DNA of 50,163 bases from a bacterium. GTDB taxonomy: Bacteria > Patescibacteriota > Andersenbacteria > UBA10190. The notes beneath the pieces are model-generated. The model was not told where the DNA came from, made no database searches, and saw nothing but the letters and a program-made list of their open reading frames with translations. The stretch is from contig JAQBWN010000003.1 of the NCBI GenBank assembly GCA_027624555.1, positions 1 to 50,163 of the forward strand. Direction: 5' to 3'. Positions 1 to 9,319 of this stretch are shown here, piece after piece. Every line of letters begins with the position of its first letter. The stretch's first letter is position 1. The position numbers were made by a program, and so were the translations under genes.

Positions 1-403
1 AAATATTTAAAAATCCAAACCCCTGCAATGCAGCGAAAGGAATTGCTAATAGGCGAGTCCACTGAGCAAGTTTGCGCCTACCTGCTTCACCCTCTTCTTT
101 TTGCATTTCTTCTAAGCGCGGAAAAATCATTGTTGAAAGTTGTATCACAATGGATGCGGTGATGTACGGACCAAGCCCAAGCATTACAACAGAAAGTCGA
201 GACAGACCTCCGCCAGAAAATATATCAAGAAGTCCAAAAAGCTGATTTCCTGAAAATATTTGCGCTAAACTCTCTTTTGGAATTCCTGGAACAGGAATTA
301 TTGCAGCAATTCTAAATACAAGAATAAGCCAAAGTATCATAAATAGCTTCTTGCGAAGCTCCGGCACTCTAACAATTGCTGCAAATTTCTTAAAATCAAC
401 CAT
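1..403 (-). CDS. secY: Preprotein translocase SecY, 5' part (runs off the window edge)
   Basis: Manual translation from ATG at 403: MVDFKKFAAIVRVPELRKKLF...FRIAAIIPVPGI...LLDIFSGGGLSRLSVVMLGLGPYITASIVIQL...EEGEAGRRKLAQWTR; follows rplO. Confidence 0.96.
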   Translation of the reverse strand, partial: MVDFKKFAAIVRVPELRKKLFMILWLILVFRIAAIIPVPGIPKESLAQIFSGNQLFGLLDIFSGGGLSRLSVVMLGLGPYITASIVIQLSTMIFPRLEEMQKEEGEAGRRKLAQWTRLLAIPFAALQGFGFLNI

Positions 404-851
404 TGCTCACTGGAATAATTTCTACTTTTCCGCCCGCTTTTTCTACGGCGCTTGTTGCTCCTTTTGTTGCCCCGTGAACTCTCACGGTGTATGCATGTTC
501 CAGTGTTCCTTTTCCAATAAGTTTCAGCGTATCAATCCTGCTACTCATATACCCGCGCTTCTTTAACTGCCCCGGGCCTACAATGCTTCCCTTTTCAAAC
601 GTTCGTAAAATTCCAAGCGTAATCACAACAGGTTTTACAACCTGAGACTTGTTTATTTGCTTGCTTCCACGATTCTTTGGAAATCGCATATAGATAGGAG
701 TTTGCCCTCCTTCAAACCCAGCCTTTGAGCTGTAACCGGCACGTGATTTTTGCCCTTTTTGCCCACGACCAGACTTTCCTCCGTTGCGACCATGTCCGCG
801 ACCAAGGCGATTTTTTTTCTTTGTAACTGCTGGTAATTGAAATATTGACAT
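396..851 (-). CDS. rplO: 50S ribosomal protein L15
   Basis: RLGRG..GGKSGRGQKGQKSR..GFEGGQTP motif; spc operon position. Confidence 0.97.
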   Translation of the reverse strand: MSIFQLPAVTKKKNRLGRGHGRNGGKSGRGQKGQKSRAGYSSKAGFEGGQTPIYMRFPKNRGSKQINKSQVVKPVVITLGILRTFEKGSIVGPGQLKKRGYMSSRIDTLKLIGKGTLEHAYTVRVHGATKGATSAVEKAGGKVEIIPVSNG

Positions 852-862
852 AGGTTATGTTG

Positions 863-1324
863 TTATGCGACGTGTTGCAGCGCCTTTAGCACAGCACGCG
901 CGTTACTAATTCTGCTCACAGAACCGTATCGCTTCGATACTAAATCTTTGATTCCTGCCAAATCTGCGATCGTACGAATAACGCCTCCTGCAATAACTCC
1001 TGTACCCGGGCGAGCTGGTTTTAATAAAACTTCCGCACCTTTAAATTTTGCCGTTACTTCATGAGTAATAGTCCCATCAATAACCTGAACAGTAACAATC
1101 TTTTTCATAGCTTGTGCTTGGGCTTTTTGAATAGCTTGCTGCACGTCTTTGCTCTTGCTAATTCCAAATCCGAGCTTACCGGCCCTATCTCCTACTATAA
1201 CGCTGGCACGGAACCGGAACCTGCGTCCTCCTTTTACCACACGCACCACACGAGAAATCTCCAACACTTCGTGTGCGAATTGATTATCTTCAATTGTTGA
1301 TGTTCCGTAAGCCATATAATTCAT
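863..1324 (-). CDS. rpsE: 30S ribosomal protein S5
   Basis: RVVRVVKGGRRFRF, LLKPARPGTGVIAGG. Confidence 0.98.
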   Translation of the reverse strand: MNYMAYGTSTIEDNQFAHEVLEISRVVRVVKGGRRFRFRASVIVGDRAGKLGFGISKSKDVQQAIQKAQAQAMKKIVTVQVIDGTITHEVTAKFKGAEVLLKPARPGTGVIAGGVIRTIADLAGIKDLVSKRYGSVSRISNARAVLKALQHVA

Positions 1325-1331
1325 TCAAATA

Positions 1332-1667
1332 TTAAAACTGTAATCCGCCGGCTCGCATGGCTTCTGCAAGCGCCTTTACTCTTCCATGGTACATGTACCC
1401 TCCACGATCAAACACAATATTCGTAATTCCTTTTTTCTTTGCAGCATCCGCAAGCGCCTTACCCATGTCTTCCGCAAGTTGCGTCTTGTTTAAAGAATCT
1501 TTTGCGATCATATGGGAAGATACCAGAGTGACTCCTTTTGCATCATCAATGATCTGCACTTCCATTCCGCGCGCACTACGAAACACACAGGCTCTTGGAC
1601 GAGCAGCTGTTCCAATCATACGAGATCGGATTTTTTTGTGACGTTTTGTACGATTAATGAGATTCAT
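1332..1667 (-). CDS. rplR: 50S ribosomal protein L18
   Basis: GTAARPR..VFRS, VFDRGGYMYHGRVKALAEAMRAGGLQF. Confidence 0.98.
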   Translation of the reverse strand: MNLINRTKRHKKIRSRMIGTAARPRACVFRSARGMEVQIIDDAKGVTLVSSHMIAKDSLNKTQLAEDMGKALADAAKKKGITNIVFDRGGYMYHGRVKALAEAMRAGGLQF

Positions 1668-1678
1668 AGAAATATGTA

Positions 1679-2221
1679 TTATGAGGCAGAACCAACAACT
1701 TTACCTACCTTTCGACGAACGTGTTCGCCGAGGTATCGAATTCCTTTTCCTTTATATGGTTCTGGCGGACGCACTTTGCGAATATTCGCAGCAACTTGAC
1801 CCACTACGTATGCATCAAATCCAGTCACTGTAATAATTTCTTTCTCTACAGTAAACGTTACCCCTTCTGGCGCTTCTATGCTAACAGGATGAGAAAACCC
1901 AACAAGCAGCTGAATATTTTTGCCTACAAGAGATGCGCGGTATCCAACACCTTGCAATTCCAGCTTTTTTGTAAACCCTTCATGCACACCCGTAACTGCG
2001 TTCGCAAGAATAGCACGCATCGTTCCCCATAACGCAGGGGCTTTCTTTGTTTTATGAGCAATAGAACATGTAAGAGTGCCGTCTGCTACCGTAACTGCAA
2101 TGTCAGGATGCACAGCAACTGCCAATGTGCCCTTGGGGCCTTGTACGTTCACCGTTTCACCATCAACAGTGACACTCACACCGGTAGGAATTGGGATAAA
2201 TTGTTTACCAATACGTGACAT
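1679..2221 (-). CDS. rplF: 50S ribosomal protein L6
   Basis: MSRIGK..PIPTGV, RPPEPYKGKGIRY. Confidence 0.98.
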   Translation of the reverse strand: MSRIGKQFIPIPTGVSVTVDGETVNVQGPKGTLAVAVHPDIAVTVADGTLTCSIAHKTKKAPALWGTMRAILANAVTGVHEGFTKKLELQGVGYRASLVGKNIQLLVGFSHPVSIEAPEGVTFTVEKEIITVTGFDAYVVGQVAANIRKVRPPEPYKGKGIRYLGEHVRRKVGKVVGSAS

Positions 2222-2227
2222 AGAAGT

Positions 2228-2614
2228 TTACCAAATAGCGCAAATAAGTTCTCCGCCTATTCCTTTTCCTCGTGCCCTTTTTTCATTCATTAAGCCCTCT
2301 GGAGTTGAAACTATAATCATTCCAGATTCTTGTCTTGAATAGGGCAAAAAGTCTGCACCTGCATATACGCGTCGACCCGGCTTACTAATTCTCTGCGAAC
2401 CACTTATTGCTCCTTTACCAGCTTCAGAATACGCAAGAGAAACAATGAGCTTTGCCTTAGGACTTTCTTGTAATCGGATATCGCCAATCAATTTCTGCTC
2501 TTTCATAAACGTAAGCAAGCGTTCCGTAAAGCGCGAGAAAGGAACTGCAACCCGCTTTTTTCCTACGCGTTGTCCGTTGAGCAAAATAGTTAATGTGTTT
2601 CCTACAGTATCCAT
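2228..2614 (-). CDS. rpsH: 30S ribosomal protein S8 (start re-assigned to MDTVGN)
   Basis: RISKPGRRVY, IVSTPEG, GGELICAIW; the longer ORF-track start overlaps S14. Confidence 0.95.
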   Translation of the reverse strand: MDTVGNTLTILLNGQRVGKKRVAVPFSRFTERLLTFMKEQKLIGDIRLQESPKAKLIVSLAYSEAGKGAISGSQRISKPGRRVYAGADFLPYSRQESGMIIVSTPEGLMNEKRARGKGIGGELICAIW

Positions 2615-2618
2615 AGAA

Positions 2619-2804
2619 TTACCAAGATGACTTTCTAATACCTGGAATGTGCGCTTTTTCAGCACTTTCTCTAAAGCAAATACGGCACATTCCAAACGCG
2701 CGCATATAGCCTCGAGGCCGTCCGCAGAGTTTGCATCTTGACCTAGCCCGTGTTGAGAACTTAGGTTCTCTCATGCTTTTTGCGATTTGTGATGTTTTTG
2801 CCAT
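2619..2804 (-). CDS. rpsZ: 30S ribosomal protein S14, zinc-binding type Z
   Basis: 61 aa, [25 protein letters not shown]. Confidence 0.98.
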   Translation of the reverse strand: MAKTSQIAKSMREPKFSTRARSRCKLCGRPRGYMRAFGMCRICFRESAEKAHIPGIRKSSW

Positions 2805-2832
2805 ACAAGTGTAATTGAGAATACGCTACTTC

Positions 2833-3375
2833 CTATTCTTCTTCAAGTTCTTCTGTTCGAAACGGGAATCCGAGTGCCCGAAACATCTGCTCTGCAGTTT
2901 CATTATTTTTTGCCGTTGTTACAAAAGTAATACCAACGCCAAAGATAATATCAGTCTTGTCTGCACGAATTTCCGGAAATGCCAGATGTTCCGCAAGCCC
3001 AATGCTTACGTTTCCTTGACCATCTAATACAGACAAAGATAGTCCTCTAAAGTCACGGATACGGGGGAGTACAGTGCCCACAAATCGAGCTAAAAAGTCT
3101 TCCATGCGCTTGCCTCGAAGCGTTACACTATACCCAACCAAATTTCCTTCACGAACATTAAAACCCGCAATAGATTTTTTCGCTCGTCGTTCGCTTGGCT
3201 TTTGTCCAGTAATTGCAGACAAATCCCTTTGCACCGCCTCAACATACGTTTTATTGTCTCTGTTTTTACCAACACCGACGGAAACAATAGCTTTTGTAAC
3301 GCGAGGGACAGCATGAATATTTTTTATTTGAAGAGACTGGGCAAGTCTTTTAGTTGTAGGAGTAATAATAGGCAT
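2833..3375 (-). CDS. rplE: 50S ribosomal protein L5
   Basis: ITGQKP..AKKSIAGFNVREG, VTLRGKRM, LPRIRDFRG. Confidence 0.98.
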   Translation of the reverse strand: MPIITPTTKRLAQSLQIKNIHAVPRVTKAIVSVGVGKNRDNKTYVEAVQRDLSAITGQKPSERRAKKSIAGFNVREGNLVGYSVTLRGKRMEDFLARFVGTVLPRIRDFRGLSLSVLDGQGNVSIGLAEHLAFPEIRADKTDIIFGVGITFVTTAKNNETAEQMFRALGFPFRTEELEEE

Positions 3376-3385
3376 AAGTCAAAAG

Positions 3386-3706
3386 TTATTCGATAATTGC
3401 CTTACAATGCTTACACACACGAGCTCGCACGCCATTTTCTCTCGTTATTCCAACTCGTGTTCCTTTTTTGCATTGAGTGCAAATGAGTTGAACATTCGCA
3501 ATACGAATTGGAGCAGCAATGCTTACACGTTGGCCTTTTTGACCACCGCTTTTTGCCTTTACGTGTTTCTTTACCATATTTAAACCTTCAACTACTACTG
3601 TTGAAGCTTTCGGCAAAACCGCTAAAACTTTGCCTTTTTTTTGTGCATCCTTACCACGAAGAATTCGCACACTGTCGCCTCGTTTAATTTTTAGAAGAGT
3701 CGTCAT
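3386..3706 (-). CDS. rplX: 50S ribosomal protein L24
   Basis: KIKRGDSVRILRGKD..GKV (KOW), VVEGLNMVKKHVK. Confidence 0.97.
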   Translation of the reverse strand: MTTLLKIKRGDSVRILRGKDAQKKGKVLAVLPKASTVVVEGLNMVKKHVKAKSGGQKGQRVSIAAPIRIANVQLICTQCKKGTRVGITRENGVRARVCKHCKAIIE

Positions 3707-3712
3707 AGAGTA

Positions 3713-4084
3713 TTACCAAACTTCAGATGCTAAAGATACAATTTTTTGAAACCCCTTTGTTCGAAGTTCTCTTGCTATTGGACCAAACACGCGTGTCCCA
3801 ACAGGCTCTTTTGATTCTTTTCCAACAATTACTGCTGCATTGTCATCAAAGCGAATCGCCGTTCCATCAGGACGTTTGTGCTCTTTTCGAACACGCACAA
3901 TAACGGCACGCACTACATCACCCTTCTTTACCGTTGCTCGTGGTTCTGCAACCTTAACTGCAGCAACAACAATATCGCCAATATACGCATACCTACGATG
4001 CGTGGAGCCCAATACTCGAATCACTTTCACCATTTTGCCTCCAGAATTATCGGCAATAATTAGTTTTGATTCTTCTAAAATCAT
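3713..4084 (-). CDS. rplN: 50S ribosomal protein L14
   Basis: [30 protein letters not shown]. Confidence 0.98.
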   Translation of the reverse strand: MILEESKLIIADNSGGKMVKVIRVLGSTHRRYAYIGDIVVAAVKVAEPRATVKKGDVVRAVIVRVRKEHKRPDGTAIRFDDNAAVIVGKESKEPVGTRVFGPIARELRTKGFQKIVSLASEVW

Positions 4085-4356
4085 AGAGCAGTTCCTTTCT
4101 TCGGTACAACAACCCAGCGCTTGCGGGCAGATAGAGGTCTCGATTCTTGAATAGTGACCGTATCTCCAACAGAAAGACTATTACTCTCATCGTGAGCTAG
4201 GTATCGCTTTGTTTGCTTAATGCGCTTTCCATAGAGAGAATGAGCAATAACACGCACAATTTCAACAGCAACCGTTTTTTGCCCAGACTTGCTCACCACA
4301 ACGCCGTCAAGCTCTCGCTTGTGCCGTACAATTTCAGTTGTGGTGGCTTGTTTCAT
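4081..4356 (-). CDS. rpsQ: 30S ribosomal protein S17
   Basis: [36 protein letters not shown]. Confidence 0.97.
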   Translation of the reverse strand: MKQATTTEIVRHKRELDGVVVSKSGQKTVAVEIVRVIAHSLYGKRIKQTKRYLAHDESNSLSVGDTVTIQESRPLSARKRWVVVPKKGTAL

Positions 4357-4365
4357 AAAAATAGA

Positions 4366-4557
4366 TTATGAATGAGAAAGCGTTGAAATGCAAGTACTAA
4401 TTTGAGCAATCTCCTTTTTTATAACTCTAGCCTGTGCATGATTTTTATCTTTTCCAGAAGCAACCTCTTCTCGGACAAAATGCAACCTTTGACGAGCTTC
4501 TAAGAGCTTGTTATGTAATTCCGGAAGAGAAAGTTGTCGTAATTCTTGTATATTCAT
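4366..4557 (-). CDS. rpmC: 50S ribosomal protein L29
   Basis: 63 aa, ELRQLS..EL..KKEIAQIST; between rplP and rpsQ. Confidence 0.92.
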   Translation of the reverse strand: MNIQELRQLSLPELHNKLLEARQRLHFVREEVASGKDKNHAQARVIKKEIAQISTCISTLSHS

Positions 4558-4567
4558 AGATATGTAA

Positions 4568-4981
4568 TTATCCTACTTTTGCAACAAATTTCGTTTTTAA
4601 AGGAAGTTTTTGTGCGGCTAATCGCAATCCTTCCCGTGCTGTTTTTTCATCCATTCCATCTACCTCAAACATAATTCTTCCACGATGAACCACAGCAACA
4701 AAATGATCCACTGCTCCTTTTCCTTTTCCCATAGGCAATTCTTGCCCTTTCGCCGTAATTGGCTTGTCAGGAAATACTCGAATCCATATTTTTCCATTTC
4801 GCTTTGCATGGCGAGTTACCGCACGTCTTGCAGCTTCTAGCTGACGCGCACTTACCCATCTGCTCTCAATCGCCTTTAACCCATATTGGCCAAAATCAAT
4901 CGTAAGCGCACCCTTTGACGCACCTCGGACAGAGCCCTTTTGGTGCTTGCGATGCTTTACTTTGCGTGGAATAAAAGACAT
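4568..4981 (-). CDS. rplP: 50S ribosomal protein L16 (start re-assigned to MSFIPRK)
   Basis: PRKVKHRKHQKG, GKIWIRVFPDKPIT..MGKGKG. Confidence 0.97.
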   Translation of the reverse strand: MSFIPRKVKHRKHQKGSVRGASKGALTIDFGQYGLKAIESRWVSARQLEAARRAVTRHAKRNGKIWIRVFPDKPITAKGQELPMGKGKGAVDHFVAVVHRGRIMFEVDGMDEKTAREGLRLAAQKLPLKTKFVAKVG

Positions 4982-4991
4982 AATTAAACAA

Positions 4992-5741
4992 TTATTTTTT
5001 GATCGGCTTTGCAACTTTTTCGGACAAAGACGCTCTGCGTCTTGGTTCAACCTTTGCTTGTTTTACCTCTCTAATTGCTTCGCCCGGACGATCATCTTTT
5101 TCTACTTCATATTCACCACGGTTAATCCAAACCTTTACACCAATAGTGCCGAACGTGGTAAATGCTGCTCGCTCTGCATATGAAATATCTGCGCGAAACG
5201 TGTGCAACGGAACACTGCCATCTGCAAGCCATTCGCGACGTGCGATATCGGCTCCATTGAGTCGGCCTGCTACCGCAATACGGATTCCTCGAGCACCTGC
5301 TTGAAGTGAGCGTTGTACAGACTGCTTTAATACTCTTCGGTATGGCATTCGTCGTTCAATTTGGTCAACAACCTGAGTTGCAACAGCACTTGCATCTGTT
5401 TCGGGATTACGAATTTCTTGTACGTTAATGCGAAATTTTGTTCCTTTTCCAAACATTTTTTGTAAGTCTTTTTGAATTTTTTCAATTCCTGATCCGCCTC
5501 GACCAATAACAACAGCGGGTCGAGAAGTATGAATTGTAAGCACAGTCTCTCTCGTTTGGCGCACAAATTCAATACGGGAGATAGATGCGGAACGCAAATT
5601 CTTTTTTAAATAATTCCTAATTTTAATATCCTGAACCAAATTATCTCGAAAATCTTTTTTGTTATCAGAAAACCACTTGGCATCCCAGTTATGAAGAATG
5701 TTTCCTACTCGCAATATATTTGGATTTGTTTTTCGTCCCAT
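4992..5741 (-). CDS. rpsC: 30S ribosomal protein S3
   Basis: MGRKTNP..LR, RPAVVIGRGG (KH), GRLNGADIARRE, GVKVWI. Confidence 0.98.
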   Translation of the reverse strand: MGRKTNPNILRVGNILHNWDAKWFSDNKKDFRDNLVQDIKIRNYLKKNLRSASISRIEFVRQTRETVLTIHTSRPAVVIGRGGSGIEKIQKDLQKMFGKGTKFRINVQEIRNPETDASAVATQVVDQIERRMPYRRVLKQSVQRSLQAGARGIRIAVAGRLNGADIARREWLADGSVPLHTFRADISYAERAAFTTFGTIGVKVWINRGEYEVEKDDRPGEAIREVKQAKVEPRRRASLSEKVAKPIKK

Positions 5742-5761
5742 AGGTAAATATGTGATTTTAA

Positions 5762-6370
5762 TTATCCGATACTCTTTCTTCGATGCGTCTTTTTCTTGTC
5801 CGCACCTTGTTGATTCATTTTAATTTTTTGAAACGCTTGGGCTTTCTTATCTACTACAGCATCAACGCTGCGTTCTTCTGTATCATGCTTTTCTAAATGA
5901 TCTTCATGATCATGACCTTCATGTTCTTTATCTTCTTTCTTCGCTTCTTTTTGTTCTTGTGCTACAAATTCATCTGTTGTTACAGTCTTAATTGCATCTT
6001 TTTTTGCCACCTTGCCCGCTGTAGCTTTAGTTAGACTTACTTCTCCTTCAACAATAACAGTAATATGCGCAGTACGCTTTAAAATAGCATGGGCCATTCC
6101 TTTTGCTGCAGGCATAAAACGCTTCATCACAAGCCCCTGGTTCACTAAAATACTCGCAACACGTAAATCCGCTTCTGGTATCTGTACATTATTTTTTGCA
6201 TTTGCGACTGCACTTTTTAACACTTCAAGAATAAGTCCCGGAGCCTTTCCAACTGCAAAAGCAAGCTGATTTTGCGCTTCTACTGCAGACATACCCTGCA
6301 CCATTTTTGCGTAAGGGCGGATTTTCCTAGGAGACATTCGCGTGTGTTTTTGTGTAGCAGATATTTTCAT
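5762..6370 (-). CDS. rplV: 50S ribosomal protein L22 with ~90-aa C-terminal extension
   Basis: RMSPRKIR, LKSAVANA, KRTAHITVIV, then a charged His-rich tail. Confidence 0.95.
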   Translation of the reverse strand: MKISATQKHTRMSPRKIRPYAKMVQGMSAVEAQNQLAFAVGKAPGLILEVLKSAVANAKNNVQIPEADLRVASILVNQGLVMKRFMPAAKGMAHAILKRTAHITVIVEGEVSLTKATAGKVAKKDAIKTVTTDEFVAQEQKEAKKEDKEHEGHDHEDHLEKHDTEERSVDAVVDKKAQAFQKIKMNQQGADKKKTHRRKSIG

Positions 6371-6373
6371 AGG

Positions 6374-6688
6374 CTACTTTTTAGCAGGCTTGGCTGCGGG
6401 AGCAGCTTTTGCCGTATCAACTTCTTTTTGCAACTTTCCACCATGACGCACAAATTTGCGCGTAGAAGAAAATTCGCCCAATTTATGCCCTACCATATCT
6501 TCCGTAATATGGACGGTAATATGTTCTTTGCCGTTGTGAACTCCAAATCGAAAACCAACCATTTCAGGAAAAATCGTTGAACGGCGAGACCATGTCTTTA
6601 TAACAGTTCTGTCTCCAGCTTGAAGATTCTTGATTTTATCAAGAAGGTGCTGGTCAATAAATGGTCCTTTTTTAATTGATCGAGACAT
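6374..6688 (-). CDS. rpsS: 30S ribosomal protein S19
   Basis: [29 protein letters not shown]. Confidence 0.98.
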   Translation of the reverse strand: MSRSIKKGPFIDQHLLDKIKNLQAGDRTVIKTWSRRSTIFPEMVGFRFGVHNGKEHITVHITEDMVGHKLGEFSSTRKFVRHGGKLQKEVDTAKAAPAAKPAKK

Positions 6689-6703
6689 ACAATTATATAA
6701 AAA

Positions 6704-7546
6704 TTATTTCCTACGCTTATTCTTCCTTCTCTCTAAAATAAACTTGTCCGAATATTTTCCACTCTGACGAGTTTTTACTCCCAACGCATGCTTCCCCCAT
6801 GGGGTCTTTGGATATTTCATACCAACGCTTTGATTACCTTCTCCACCTCCGTGTGGATGATCCACTGGGTTCATAGCTTTTCCTCGTACTTGCGGACGCA
6901 TCCCAAGACGACGATTTCGTCCCGCAGATCCTATACGCTGATGACGCCAATCTGGATTGCTAACCTGACCTATTGTGGCATACGATTCCCGAGAAATCAA
7001 GCGAATCTCGCTCGATGGCATGCGTAGCTGCGCATATTCACCCTGCACGTCCATAAGAATACCGTACGAACCCGCTGATCGAAAAAATGATCCGCCACGT
7101 CCTGGTTTAATCTCAACATTAAACACAAATATTCCTGGAGTAATATGTTTTAGCTGCATACGGTTTCCTTCCTTTTCTGGTGTTTTTTCGTCTGCAATCA
7201 TTAGGTCGCCTTCTTTTGCACCTTGCCAGGCAAGCACATAATTTCTGTCGCCATCAACATACAAAATACGAGCTAAATACGCACTGCGATTTGGGTCAAA
7301 TTCAATATGTTCAACTTTGCCTGCAACGCCCAGCTTTTCCTGCCCGAATGCAATTGCTCGTATTCGTCGCTTCACACCGCCGCCTCTGTGGCGAGTTGTA
7401 ATTTTTCCTTCCGATCCTCGCCCACTTGTTGCATGCTTAGAGACAAGAGAAGACTTCAAAGGTTCCCCTTTATACAGCTCAGTACGGTCTACAATAGACA
7501 TTTTCTTTCGAGCTGCGCGGTTTGGCTTGTAATTTTTAATAGGCAT
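6704..7546 (-). CDS. rplB: 50S ribosomal protein L2
   Basis: IEFDPNRSA, VRGKAMNPVDHPHGGGEG. Confidence 0.98.
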   Translation of the reverse strand: MPIKNYKPNRAARKKMSIVDRTELYKGEPLKSSLVSKHATSGRGSEGKITTRHRGGGVKRRIRAIAFGQEKLGVAGKVEHIEFDPNRSAYLARILYVDGDRNYVLAWQGAKEGDLMIADEKTPEKEGNRMQLKHITPGIFVFNVEIKPGRGGSFFRSAGSYGILMDVQGEYAQLRMPSSEIRLISRESYATIGQVSNPDWRHQRIGSAGRNRRLGMRPQVRGKAMNPVDHPHGGGEGNQSVGMKYPKTPWGKHALGVKTRQSGKYSDKFILERRKNKRRK

Positions 7547-7549
7547 AGG

Positions 7550-7957
7550 TTATTTCTTGTTTACAAGGCCTTGCACGTTATCTACGGTAACATAGGCTTT
7601 TTTCACACGGTTCGTTTTACCTTCCGTATTACCTCGGCGTCTTGTTTTTGGATGCGACAATGCAGTTCGCACACTTTTTACCTTCACTCCGAATCTAGAA
7701 AAAATAGCAGCTGATATTTGAGTCTTGGTAACATGAGGCAATACCGTAAACACCATCGTATTGTTAACTTGTTGCTTAATCCCTTTTTCGGAAACTAACT
7801 CTACCATGCCGATACGGCCAGTGGTAAACGCATGCGCATCTACTGTTTGCTTGCTTTTCTTTACAGTAGTTGAAGCAGCAGAAATTTTCTTTTTCTTTAC
7901 TGGGGCAGATTTTTCATTCTTGCCGAGTATTTTTTTTGAGAGTGTTAAGAGTGACAT
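7550..7957 (-). CDS. rplW: 50S ribosomal protein L23 with N-terminal extension
   Basis: VSEK, TKTQI..FGVKVKSVRT, KKAYVT; between rplD and rplB. Confidence 0.92.
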   Translation of the reverse strand: MSLLTLSKKILGKNEKSAPVKKKKISAASTTVKKSKQTVDAHAFTTGRIGMVELVSEKGIKQQVNNTMVFTVLPHVTKTQISAAIFSRFGVKVKSVRTALSHPKTRRRGNTEGKTNRVKKAYVTVDNVQGLVNKK

Positions 7958-7970
7958 AGGTATATACAGG

Positions 7971-8705
7971 TTATATAGTGCAACGAACTTCTAATGCTTT
8001 CAGAGCGCTTTCATCAACCCACACTGCGTGTGCTTCAACAATATCTTTTGGAATAACGGTAGATGCATTGCGAACGCGAATAGTTGGAATATTTGCAACA
8101 ACCTTTGCAAGGCTACGATTAGCATCGCTTACAACAATTAACACTGATCGCAAATCTTTCACGTGTTTTGCCATTTCTTTAGTTTTTGTAGGAAGAGCTT
8201 CAGATAATTGCAATACAGATAAAGAGTTGTTATGCACATGCATTGCAAATGCACCAGATAGCGCGCGTCTGCGTTCCTTGAGCTGCGTTTTAGGGATGGT
8301 TGTCTTGCGACTTCGTGGGCCAAACGTAATACCACCACCTACCCAAAGTGGGGAACGAATAGAGCCATGACGTGATCTGCCAGTTCCTTTTTGCTTCCAT
8401 GGCTTGCGACCACCGCCTTGTACTTCAGATCTGCCTTTTGTATGCGCCCTACGAATACGCATGCGCTTGTGCGTTGTATGAATAGTTCGTGCAATAAGAA
8501 CTGGAAGAGCTTCCGTAAAGAATTCTGGTACAACAACCATGTCGCTAGACTTTTTTCCAAGGGTAAGAACCGCCAGCTTTTGCGCAGGCGTCGTAGCGTT
8601 TCTCCCCCTGCCCGAGGGGGAGTTAGAGGGGGTGGGAGAAGCGACACTCGTTGAAGCGGGCGCCTTTACTTTCTTTACCATTTTCTTTTTAGCAATCTTT
8701 GTCAT
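7971..8705 (-). CDS. rplD: 50S ribosomal protein L4 (N-terminus contains a repeat-derived insertion)
   Basis: TKGRSEVQGGGRKPWKQKGTGRSRHGSIRSPLWVGGG. Confidence 0.96.
   Translation of the reverse strand: MTKIAKKKMVKKVKAPASTSVASPTPSNSPSGRGRNATTPAQKLAVLTLGKKSSDMVVVPEFFTEALPVLIARTIHTTHKRMRIRRAHTKGRSEVQGGGRKPWKQKGTGRSRHGSIRSPLWVGGGITFGPRSRKTTIPKTQLKERRRALSGAFAMHVHNNSLSVLQLSEALPTKTKEMAKHVKDLRSVLIVVSDANRSLAKVVANIPTIRVRNASTVIPKDIVEAHAVWVDESALKALEVRCTI
8598..8644. repeat. GC-rich palindromic repeat inside rplD, in frame
   Basis: CTCCCCCT-GCCCG-AGGGGGAG-TTAGAGGGGGTGGGAGAAGCG; resembles the intergenic copies at 14008-14145. Confidence 0.7.
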
Positions 8706-9319
8706 AGCTTATTTTTTTTCTCAATACCACGAATCTCAACAACGCTGCCTCGGCGACCCGGCACAGCTCCTTTTACTGCAACTAAATTTTGCGTAGCATC
8801 AATTTGTATAACCTCCAGATTTTTCACCGTAACTTGATCAGAACCCATTCTTCCTGCCATACGCATACCTTTCATTACATGCTGTGGAAATCGCGATCCA
8901 ATAGATCCAGGTCTGCGAAGCACGTGCTTATGTCCATGACTCTTCGGGCCACCCTTAAAATGATGACGCTTTACAACTCCGGCGTACCCTTTGCCTTTCG
9001 ATACGCCAGTCACTTCAATTGCATCACCTATTACAAATTGGTCTACACCAACCATAGATGCATCTGCAGGCATTTCTCCATGAAATTCCTTTCGAGCTGC
9101 AAATGTTTCAGTATCAATTTTTGGGGTTCGCTTCTCTCCAAGTTTCGCTCCCTCTTTTTTCGGAAGTGCAAGTTGGACAGCGGCGTACCCATCTTTTTCT
9201 ACGGTGCGGCGGATAGTAATAAAGTTAGGAAGTGCAGAAATTAAAGTAACCGGAATAACATCACCGTTAGGAGAAAATACCTGAGACATACCAACTTTTC
9301 GACCAAGTAGCGCTTTCAT
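8702..9319 (-). CDS. rplC: 50S ribosomal protein L3
   Basis: LGRKVGMSQVF, DGYAAVQL, SKGKGYAGVVKRHHF, GMRMAGRMG. Confidence 0.98.
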   Translation of the reverse strand: MKALLGRKVGMSQVFSPNGDVIPVTLISALPNFITIRRTVEKDGYAAVQLALPKKEGAKLGEKRTPKIDTETFAARKEFHGEMPADASMVGVDQFVIGDAIEVTGVSKGKGYAGVVKRHHFKGGPKSHGHKHVLRRPGSIGSRFPQHVMKGMRMAGRMGSDQVTVKNLEVIQIDATQNLVAVKGAVPGRRGSVVEIRGIEKKNKL

